Below are positions 1 through 5,896 of a stretch of 15,398 nucleotides of DNA, piece after piece. Position numbers and translations under genes: made by a program. Every line of letters starts with the position of its first letter. Position 1 is the first letter of the stretch. The stretch is from IMG/VR virus record IMGVR_UViG_3300045988_074390. One strand, 5' to 3'. This stretch comes from a virus. The notes below the pieces were generated by a model. It saw only the letters and a program-made list of their open reading frames with translations, was not told where the DNA came from and made no database searches.

Positions 1-110
1 GAGAGGGCTTTCGTTATTCCCAATGAGAACACGTCCCCCATTTGATTAAAAAAGCACGAAAAAATACTTGACAAATAATCTGACCTGTGGTATTATAATT
101 ATAGAAACAA
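1..110. repeat. Left inverted terminal repeat (110 bp, perfect)
   Basis: Bases 1-110 are the exact reverse complement of 15289-15398. Identity breaks at 111 (g, versus t on the other arm). The repeat starts at the first base of the window, as expected for a terminal-protein-capped linear genome. Confidence 0.97.
68..99 (+). promoter_or_regulatory. Early promoter inside the left ITR
   Basis: TTGACA (68-73), 17-nt spacer, then TGG-TATTAT (88-96, extended -10) overlapping TATAAT (94-99). An A-rich tract lies upstream. The first gene's AAGGAGGA SD lies about 30 nt downstream. Confidence 0.7.
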
Positions 111-144
111 GATATTATTCAAGATTTTAAGGAGGAAAAAATAA

Positions 145-612
145 ATGATTCAATACAGATTACATAACATCACTGATTTTGGTGTAGAAATCCACGACTT
201 TCACACTGAAAATTCACTGAACAATTATATAGCCTTATTCGTCGACCCTCCGTATTGGGTAGAAAATTTGTATACTAATAAAAACATTTATGTGGGTTTT
301 GATGGACGGGGCTACTCCAATCCGTCAGATGGAATTAAAGACTATATAGAGACAGTTAGTCCTAACAAACCAGATACCAATAATGTTTCACGTGAAATAC
401 CACATGAAAGTGAAATAGACTGGATAAAAAGGCATACACCTACAGAAGAAGAAAAAGAACCATGCACCAAACTAGAAAAGTTATCCTCTTTCTTAGGTAT
501 ATTATCAGTCATTATTATGGCAACATTTTTACTATATCTTTTCTTATCTTCTGTATCATTCATAGCGGAGCACTTTTCAGAGTTCACATGGAAAATATTT
601 AATATTTTATAA
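145..612 (+). CDS. Early tail-anchored membrane protein (155 aa) with an N-terminal DPPY motif; function unknown
   Basis: SD AAGGAGGA lies 8 nt upstream of the ATG. A single long hydrophobic segment, LSSFLGILSVIIMATFLLYLFLSSVSFIA, spans about residues 113-141. ALFVDPPYW at residues 30-38 resembles motif IV of N6/N4 DNA methyltransferases. No SAM-binding FxGxG motif is present. Confidence 0.75.
   Translation: MIQYRLHNITDFGVEIHDFHTENSLNNYIALFVDPPYWVENLYTNKNIYVGFDGRGYSNPSDGIKDYIETVSPNKPDTNNVSREIPHESEIDWIKRHTPTEEEKEPCTKLEKLSSFLGILSVIIMATFLLYLFLSSVSFIAEHFSEFTWKIFNIL
383..400. promoter_or_regulatory. Degenerate intragenic copy (16/18) of the ATGTTTCACGTGAAACAT palindrome
   Basis: ATGTTTCACGTGAAATAC lies inside the first early gene. 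A GTGAAATA half-site is repeated at 410-417. Confidence 0.5.
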
Positions 613-624
613 GGAGGAAAAATC

Positions 625-819
625 ATGGCAAAATTAACAAACAAATTATTGCGATATAAAGTGATGTTTACAAAAGGTGGAACAGGCGGCTACACCGCCC
701 GTGTCATGCTTCCAAAAGAAGCGGTTAAAGACTTAGATATCCATGCGGGTGATTATATCGAGTACACTCGTGTACCGCATGGCTTACTCTTAAGAAAAGT
801 GCAAAAGGAGGGGAACTAA
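625..819 (+). CDS. AbrB/MazE/SpoVT-fold DNA-binding protein (64 aa), putative transcription regulator
   Basis: SD AAGGAGGA is present. ARVMLPKEAVKDLDIHAGDYIEYTRVPHGLLLRK matches the swapped-hairpin pattern (v-iPkeir..lgi..GD.ve....dg.i.l.k) of AbrB-type domains. Confidence 0.7.
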   Translation: MAKLTNKLLRYKVMFTKGGTGGYTARVMLPKEAVKDLDIHAGDYIEYTRVPHGLLLRKVQKEGN

Positions 820-822
820 AAG

Positions 823-1533
823 ATGGCTAATAAGCGTATTAAAAAGAAGAAAACAAAAGCGGAGATTATTCAAAAAGAATATTCTCACGAATACACTAAA
901 TATCTAGCACGTGTTAGAAATCAACAAAAACAAGGTGTACAAGTAAAGATAATTAAGCGAGTAAAAAATCCAACGCAAGCTTCAATTGATAGAATTAAAA
1001 AGCAGAGTGCAAAAGAAATACGAAAAAATGCAACGGTTGTTGATATGCTTACTGGCGAGGTTATAACTTCTAATGAATATGGACGTAAACACGCTCTTGA
1101 AAGAAACAGAGTTTTTATAAAATTAACACCGCAAGAACAGGAATATGCTAGAATACAAGGTTATACTACGGTTGAAGAATTGAAAAAGTTACAAAGGACA
1201 GGTATAATAGTTATTGAAGCAACACCTGTATTAGACTATGAAGCTATTATTGACTCGTGGTGCGACTCTTTAGAAAGTTTTGCACCAAAAACAGCACATT
1301 GGTTAAGACAAAAAACAGATGCTTTATTGGCTAATGCGTCAAATAAAGAAAGGGCACTATTTGCATATACATACGCAAAAGAACCAGAAGCATTTCCAAC
1401 AGAGCCATACATGGATAAAGCTACGGTTGACGCTGTGTTTTGGAATATTTTGCAAAGAATGGGCGTTCTTAGTTCTACAGAAGATTTTCAAGAATTTCTA
1501 CAGGAACAAGATATTGTCATTGAGAATGAATAA
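823..1533 (+). CDS. Putative terminal protein (236 aa)
   Basis: The gene lies immediately upstream of the protein-primed polB gene, as in phi29 (gene 3 next to gene 2). The N-terminus is strongly basic (MANKRIKKKKTK...) and the C-terminus is acidic and Ser/Thr-containing (VLSSTEDFQEFLQEQDIVIENE). The size is similar to phi29 TP. The call rests on position and composition only. Confidence 0.6.
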   Translation: MANKRIKKKKTKAEIIQKEYSHEYTKYLARVRNQQKQGVQVKIIKRVKNPTQASIDRIKKQSAKEIRKNATVVDMLTGEVITSNEYGRKHALERNRVFIKLTPQEQEYARIQGYTTVEELKKLQRTGIIVIEATPVLDYEAIIDSWCDSLESFAPKTAHWLRQKTDALLANASNKERALFAYTYAKEPEAFPTEPYMDKATVDAVFWNILQRMGVLSSTEDFQEFLQEQDIVIENE

Positions 1534-1549
1534 AAAGAGGTGAGTATAA

Positions 1550-3442
1550 ATGCCACGAAAAAAGCAAATAACCTTTTGGGCTTGTGACTTTGAGACAACG
1601 GTATGGGGTGAAAAAGTAGAGCAAGAAAAAGGTAAAAAACAAGACAGTACAGAAGTATGGAGTGGGGCTGATGTGGCTTTATATGACAACACCGAAACTG
1701 TAACAATAACTCATTCGATAAGAGATTTTTTAAACAGGTTTTTGACAATGAAAGGCAATAATATATTGTACTTTCATAACCTCGCTTTTGACGGTTCATT
1801 CATCGTTGATTTTCTGTTAAAAGAGGGTTGGCGTTGGGTGCACTGTAAAGATAAAGAAATGAAATCAAAAGAATTTCAAACCTGTATATCCGATATGGGC
1901 TCATGGTACTGGATTAAATTAAAATGGAATAAGACTTTTTTAGAGATTAGGAACTCGTTGAAGCTTATGCCGTCTTCATTGAAAAATATAGGGAAATCAT
2001 TTGGCACAAAGCACCAAAAATTAGACATGGAATATACTGGTGAAAGATACGCGTATTGCGATATCTCAGATAGCGAGAAAAAATATATTGAAAATGATGT
2101 GTTAGTGTTAAAAGAAGCTCTTGAAATGATGTTTAATGAAAAACATGATAAACTAACTATAGGCTCGTGTTGCCTATCAGAATTCAAAGGCTTTTACGAA
2201 AATAAACAATATGATAAGTTGTTTCCCGATATCAGAGAAGATTATCTTGATGAATCAATCACAGGCGTATGGAATCAGTGGGACTATGTTCATAAATCAT
2301 ATCACGGTGGTTGGTGCTATGTAAATCCTCAATACGCGCATACGGTAGTGGGTTGGGGTTTAGTGTTAGACGTAAATTCTCTGTACCCGTCCATGATGCA
2401 TAGCATCAGTGGTAACAAATATCCATTTGGGCACGGGGAATATCATAGGGGAGCGCCACCCGATGAACTTATAAGCTCTACTAATAAATATTTTTTTATC
2501 CGTTTCAATTGTCGTTTTCAACTTAAAAAAGGAGCGTTCCCATGGCTTCATATTAGACAGAGTGCATTATATAAAGCCAATGAAAATTTATATAGTTCGA
2601 ACGTCAGATATAGAGGTGAATATTATCGCTATTATCGCGATATTGACGGACAGATGCATGACACTAATATTACTCTCACTATGACTTGCACAGACTGGGA
2701 GTTGTTCCAAGAAACTTATGATATATACGACTTGGTTATATATGATTATATATGGTTTTACGCTAGAGAGGGGTTTTTTGATGAATACATAGATAAATAC
2801 GGAGAAGAAAAGAGAACCTCAAAAGGTTTTAAAAGGCAGAAAGCGAAGCTCTTTTTAAATAATCTTTACGGAAAATTTGCCATGTCGGATAATTCCTCGT
2901 ATAAAGAGCCTTATCTTGACGAAGATGGAATTATTAGATTTATCTTGCACGAGGAACATGAGAAGAAAGTCGGCTATATTCCTATAGGTAGTGCTATTAC
3001 TTCATATGCCATGAATTTTACAATCCGTCATGCTATGGCAAATTATGACAGATTTTGTTATGCTGACACGGATTCCATACATTTGATTGGACTAGATAAA
3101 GCAAATCTGGTTGTAGAGCACCCGACGAATTTTTGTTGTTGGAAATGCGAGAGTACATTTGATTTTGCTTATTATGAACGTCAGAAAACTTATGCAGAGC
3201 ATATAGTTGAAGAGAATCACAAGCCTTGTGAGCCTTATCTTGACATTAAAGCGTGTGGCATGAGTAGCCAAGCCAAGCAAAAATTTATTGAAGAGGGAAA
3301 AAATATTTCAGAGTTATCTCAAGGTCTGAATATGGAGTCTTGCAACTTAAAGGCAGAGCGCGTGAAAGGTGGTATCGTATTAAGAAATAAAGACTTTAAA
3401 ATTCACGCTCAAAAAGATAAAAAATTATTATATAATACTTGA
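1550..3442 (+). CDS. Protein-primed family B DNA polymerase (630 aa)
   Basis: All polB motifs are visible. Exo I: ACDFETT. Exo II: FHNLAFDGSFI. Exo III: YIENDVLVL. Motif A: LDVNSLYPSMM. Motif B: KAKLFLNNLYGKF. Motif C: YADTDSIH. KxY: RQKTYAE. Insertions between the motifs are consistent with TPR1/TPR2 of phi29-type enzymes. Confidence 0.97.
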   Translation: MPRKKQITFWACDFETTVWGEKVEQEKGKKQDSTEVWSGADVALYDNTETVTITHSIRDFLNRFLTMKGNNILYFHNLAFDGSFIVDFLLKEGWRWVHCKDKEMKSKEFQTCISDMGSWYWIKLKWNKTFLEIRNSLKLMPSSLKNIGKSFGTKHQKLDMEYTGERYAYCDISDSEKKYIENDVLVLKEALEMMFNEKHDKLTIGSCCLSEFKGFYENKQYDKLFPDIREDYLDESITGVWNQWDYVHKSYHGGWCYVNPQYAHTVVGWGLVLDVNSLYPSMMHSISGNKYPFGHGEYHRGAPPDELISSTNKYFFIRFNCRFQLKKGAFPWLHIRQSALYKANENLYSSNVRYRGEYYRYYRDIDGQMHDTNITLTMTCTDWELFQETYDIYDLVIYDYIWFYAREGFFDEYIDKYGEEKRTSKGFKRQKAKLFLNNLYGKFAMSDNSSYKEPYLDEDGIIRFILHEEHEKKVGYIPIGSAITSYAMNFTIRHAMANYDRFCYADTDSIHLIGLDKANLVVEHPTNFCCWKCESTFDFAYYERQKTYAEHIVEENHKPCEPYLDIKACGMSSQAKQKFIEEGKNISELSQGLNMESCNLKAERVKGGIVLRNKDFKIHAQKDKKLLYNT

Positions 3443-3470
3443 CTATATTTTAGCGTCGTGTTATTATAAT
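3439..3470 (+). promoter_or_regulatory. Early-type promoter, copy A of a duplicated promoter
   Basis: TTGACT (3439-3444, overlapping the polymerase stop codon), 17-nt spacer, then TGT-TATTAT (3459-3467) overlapping TATAAT (3465-3470). The architecture and ACTTGAC core match the ITR promoters. Confidence 0.65.
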
Positions 3471-3506
3471 AATGTAATAAATAAAGTAGAAAAAGGAGAA
3501 ACAAAG

Positions 3507-3695
3507 ATGGGTAAAAAAATTGAATATCCGTTAAACAGCTTGTACGGGGTAAGCTCAATGTCACATAGTAGTAATGTAAGAACTGACACAAATTTAAAAA
3601 ACGCTGAGATTACGGCTAAACTTATTACTATTCGTGATGGTTTTTTATATGCTGATACAGATAGTATATATGTAAGAGATTTAGATAAAAAATAA
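3507..3695 (+). CDS. 62-aa ORF retaining polB motif B-like (PLNSLYG) and motif C (YADTDSIYV); either a polymerase palm-fragment microprotein or a gene remnant
   Basis: It has its own SD (AAGGAG, 8-nt spacer) and its own promoter. The protein aligns by eye with resident polymerase residues ~431-520, with an internal deletion: LNNLYGKFAMSDNSS vs LNSLYGVSSMSHSS, AITS vs EITA, YADTDSIHLIGLDKA vs YADTDSIYVRDLDKK. The DNA is not a recent copy of the resident gene. Confidence 0.5.
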   Translation: MGKKIEYPLNSLYGVSSMSHSSNVRTDTNLKNAEITAKLITIRDGFLYADTDSIYVRDLDKK

Positions 3696-3712
3696 AAATT
3701 ATAACATAACAC

Positions 3713-3744
3713 TTGACTACATTTAATTGTTGTGTTATTATAAT
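3713..3744 (+). promoter_or_regulatory. Early-type promoter, copy B of the duplicated promoter
   Basis: TTGACT (3713-3718), 17-nt spacer, then TGT-TATTAT (3733-3741) overlapping TATAAT (3739-3744). The roughly 48-nt stretch 3711-3758 is an imperfect direct repeat of 3437-3487. Confidence 0.65.
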
Positions 3745-3810
3745 GTAATAAATAAAACATATTACATTGCAATTCACACTCAAAGAAACAGAAAAAAGGA
3801 GGAAAACAAG

Positions 3811-4110
3811 ATGTTTACAAGGACATTAGTCACAGCGGAGGTTTCTGTAGAAAGAATCTACAAGGACAAAGAGACAGGTGAAATCAAGAAAGATTGCTTT
3901 GAAGAGAAATTGTCAAACTGTAAGACAAGGGATAAAGCGGAAATCTTGATTGAAAAGCAGTACAAGGGAGACATTGTTTCCATATTAGACATTAAGTTTA
4001 AAGTGGAAAGACGCACAATGACAGAAGAGCAGTTTTTACTTAATTCAGACGTCAAGAACGAAAAAATTGTTACCGAAGCAGAGTTGCAGGACATGAAAAA
4101 GGAAGATTAA
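3811..4110 (+). CDS. Hypothetical early protein (99 aa); possible dsDNA-binding (p6-like) replication accessory protein, by size and position only
   Basis: The ATG at 3811 is preceded by AAGGAGGA. The longer ORF starting at 3727 would begin inside the promoter and has no SD. The protein is charged with an acidic C-terminus. No recognisable motif was found. Confidence 0.6.
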   Translation: MFTRTLVTAEVSVERIYKDKETGEIKKDCFEEKLSNCKTRDKAEILIEKQYKGDIVSILDIKFKVERRTMTEEQFLLNSDVKNEKIVTEAELQDMKKED

Positions 4111-4134
4111 CAGGAAAAAAGGAGGTAAAGAATT

Positions 4135-4485
4135 ATGGTAGAAATCAAAGAAATGAGTAGAGAGTTCACAAAGGTCGAGAAATATCTTATGACTACAGCG
4201 CCAGACATTGAGCCATTAAAAAATATTGACGATGGAGAATCTATCCCAGTTGACGGATATCTTATCTTTGATGATATCAAAGATAGCGGAGAAACACAGG
4301 AGATTGTAAGTATTATTACGCCTGAGAAAAAAGTATATTCTGGACAGTCTGCGACTTTTAGACAGTCTTTGAAAGACATTGAAAACGTGATGGAGGGCGA
4401 AAAATTCTCCATTATTAAAATCAGCGGAAAGACAAAAGCAGGACGCGATTATATTAATTGTACCTTAGACGTATCAAATTTATAA
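4135..4485 (+). CDS. Hypothetical early protein (116 aa); possible ssDNA-binding protein, by position and size only
   Basis: SD AAGGAGGT is present. It is the last gene of the second early operon and is followed by a strong terminator. The p5-like role is assigned only by analogy with phi29 gene order. Confidence 0.55.
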   Translation: MVEIKEMSREFTKVEKYLMTTAPDIEPLKNIDDGESIPVDGYLIFDDIKDSGETQEIVSIITPEKKVYSGQSATFRQSLKDIENVMEGEKFSIIKISGKTKAGRDYINCTLDVSNL

Positions 4486-4524
4486 TATGATGCCGTGAGA
4501 ATACCATTTTAATTCTCTTCTTCT

Positions 4525-4552
4525 AAAGGGGTGGCTATATGCCACCTCTTTT
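4525..4552 (+). terminator. Rho-independent terminator of the early operon
   Basis: A GC-rich stem GGGGTGGC (4528-4535) / GCCACCTC (4541-4548, one G-U pair) has a 5-nt loop TATAT. It is extended by A/T pairs and followed by TTTT. Confidence 0.8.
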
Positions 4553-4561
4553 ATAAAATAA

Positions 4562-4579
4562 ATGTTTCACGTGAAACAT
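4562..4579. promoter_or_regulatory. Perfect 18-bp palindrome ATGTTTCACGTGAAACAT, copy 1 (putative operator)
   Basis: Exact palindrome with a CACGTG core. It lies between the early terminator and the ATPase gene and overlaps the upstream in-frame ATG at 4578. Confidence 0.6.
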
Positions 4580-4595
4580 GAATGGAGGTGCTAAC

Positions 4596-5642
4596 ATGAT
4601 TGATGATGGTTATTATCATTGTGAGCGATTATTAACTATGAAAGATAAATACGGGAATACACCTGATATTTTTATTGTGGACGGCAACAGAACAGCGGGT
4701 AAAAGTTACTCTATTAAGTGTAGACAAGTCTCGGATTTTTTAAAAGATAAATACAGACCCGAAAATCAGTTTATCTATTTGTACCGCAATGTTGTTGATA
4801 TGAAGAACTGTGCCGACACTTATTTTGGAGATATTGCGGAAAAATTTGACGGTTATGTCATGACAGAAAAAAGTTTGATGCGTGGCGCGTTGGTGCAGTT
4901 ATTTATCAATGAAGAGCCATGCGGTTATTGTTTAGCTTTGTCGGTTGCGAGAAAGTATAAAAAAATGCGTGGGTTATTCGTCAATATCCGTTCTGTATTT
5001 TTTGACGAATATCAAGACGAAGATAATATATATTTGCCAAACGAAGTAAATAAATTACTGTCGTTACTTACAACTATCAGTTCGGGACATGGTAAACAGC
5101 ATAGGAGAGTTATGCTATATATGGCATCGAATACAGTCTCTTTGTTAAACCCTTACTATAGCGTGTTTGGTATCAATAAAATGTTAAAGAGAGACACCAA
5201 ATTTTTACGTGGTGATGGTTGGGTGTTTGAAAGAACTTATAATGAAAGCGCCTCAACAGCGTATAAGGAAAGTGCTATAGCAAGAGCTTTTCGTGGTGCT
5301 GAATACAACGAGTACGCCAGTGAAAACAAATATCTAAATGACAATGAATGTCTGATTGGGAAACCATCAGGGCAGTCACGTTATATTTGTACAATTAAGT
5401 ACAATGATAATCTATATAATGTAAGAAAATACGATGTGTGTCTATACGTGTCAACAGGTGCAGATGATAGTTTTCCTACCCGTATATGTTTTACAAAAAC
5501 CGATGTTATAGACAATACTGCTATTCGTGTCAACTCGACTCATTATATCGTTACGATGTTACGGGAATACTTTAACAGAGGTTTACTTTTGTTTGAAAAT
5601 TTGGAATGTAAGAACATGATATTTGATGTCATATCTTTTTAA
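4596..5642 (+). CDS. DNA encapsidation (packaging) ATPase, phi29 gp16-like
   Basis: Walker A is DGNRTAGKS and Walker B is SVFFDEYQDE. Other gp16-like blocks are present: QFIYLYR, YLPNEVNKLLSLL, ASNTVSLLNPYY. The start is set at ATG 4596, which has SD GGAGGTG 5 nt upstream. ATG 4578 has no SD and sits inside the palindrome. Confidence 0.9.
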   Translation: MIDDGYYHCERLLTMKDKYGNTPDIFIVDGNRTAGKSYSIKCRQVSDFLKDKYRPENQFIYLYRNVVDMKNCADTYFGDIAEKFDGYVMTEKSLMRGALVQLFINEEPCGYCLALSVARKYKKMRGLFVNIRSVFFDEYQDEDNIYLPNEVNKLLSLLTTISSGHGKQHRRVMLYMASNTVSLLNPYYSVFGINKMLKRDTKFLRGDGWVFERTYNESASTAYKESAIARAFRGAEYNEYASENKYLNDNECLIGKPSGQSRYICTIKYNDNLYNVRKYDVCLYVSTGADDSFPTRICFTKTDVIDNTAIRVNSTHYIVTMLREYFNRGLLLFENLECKNMIFDVISF

Positions 5643-5659
5643 TGTTTCACGTGAAACAT
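5642..5659. promoter_or_regulatory. Perfect 18-bp palindrome, copy 2 (20 bp with flanks 5641-5660)
   Basis: It starts on the last base of the ATPase stop codon and abuts or overlaps the -35 box of the 5659 promoter. Confidence 0.6.
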
Positions 5660-5690
5660 TGACATTTTAAATAATATATGATATCATAAT
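5659..5690 (+). promoter_or_regulatory. Early-type promoter firing into the 254-bp non-coding gap
   Basis: TTGACA (5659-5664), 17-nt spacer, then TGA-TATCAT (5679-5687) overlapping CATAAT (5685-5690). No SD-preceded ORF lies downstream before the 5825-5842 hairpin. Confidence 0.6.
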
Positions 5691-5808
5691 ATCGTACCCA
5701 AAATAATACGGGCATTGTAATTGATATACACGCACATAGACAAGTAGTCTGATATCAATTTTTGGCTTTGCGTTCCCTTTGATTCGATTATTTTGTAACG
5801 TACACAAA

Positions 5809-5826
5809 ATGTTTCACGCGAACAAT
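5809..5826. promoter_or_regulatory. Degenerate palindrome copy (15/18) in tandem with copy 3
   Basis: ATGTTTCACGCGAACAAT overlaps the perfect copy at 5825-5842 by 2 nt. Confidence 0.5.
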
Positions 5827-5842
5827 GTTTCACGTGAAACAT
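5825..5842. promoter_or_regulatory. Perfect 18-bp palindrome, copy 3 (20 bp with flanks); possible terminator hairpin and/or operator
   Basis: Exact copy followed by TTTTATTT. It ends 5 nt upstream of the -35 box of the lysis/late promoter. Confidence 0.6.
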
Positions 5843-5847
5843 TTTTA

Positions 5848-5876
5848 TTTACAAATATTGTTATTTGTGTTATGAT
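5848..5876 (+). promoter_or_regulatory. Late-type promoter upstream of the holin-endolysin cassette
   Basis: TTTACA (5848-5853), 17-nt spacer, then TGT-TATGAT (5868-5876). The -35 box is weaker than in the early promoter family. Confidence 0.55.
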
Positions 5877-5896
5877 AGAAAAAAGGAGGTGATATC

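Larger units (their letters stand above)
5694..5847 (+). ncRNA. Candidate ~150-nt structured non-coding RNA (possible packaging pRNA analogue)
   Basis: This is the largest non-coding stretch in the genome. It has a dedicated promoter and ends at a hairpin plus T-run (5824-5847). Long-range 5'/3' pairing: GTAC 5694-5697 with GTAC 5800-5803, and CAAAATAAT 5699-5707 with ATTATTTTG 5787-5795. Internal 9-bp hairpin: 5719-5727 / 5752-5760. Loop complementarity: ACGCA 5730-5734 with TGCGT 5769-5773. Confidence 0.4.

Noticed and set aside
342-644. 100-aa minus-strand ORF antisense to the first early gene
   Set aside because: It has no SD or promoter and lies fully inside a well-supported plus-strand gene. 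Its low-complexity composition is typical of an antisense frame in AT-rich DNA.
1488-2187. Minus-strand ORFs (1488-1799, 1498-1692, 1876-2187) antisense to the TP and polymerase genes, and the plus-strand alternate-frame ORF 1319-1543
   Set aside because: They overlap genes with unambiguous motif support, have no translation signals, and their hydrophobic Leu/Phe/Ser-rich products are typical of shadow frames.
3727-3810. N-terminal extension of the 3811 ORF (the track starts it at 3727)
   Set aside because: ATG 3727 lies between the -35 and -10 boxes of the 3713 promoter, so it would not be on the transcript, and it has no SD. ATG 3811 has AAGGAGGA.
4497-4517. Small hairpin GAGAAT / ATTCTC upstream of the main early terminator
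   Set aside because: It is a 6-bp AT-rich stem with a 9-nt loop, which is weak and adjacent to a much stronger terminator. It is probably not independently functional.
5809-5892. 27-aa ORF (MFHANNVSRETFLFTNIVICVMIEKRR) starting in the degenerate palindrome
   Set aside because: It has no SD, it runs through the terminator-like hairpin and the late promoter, and its coding potential is a by-product of the palindrome containing ATG.
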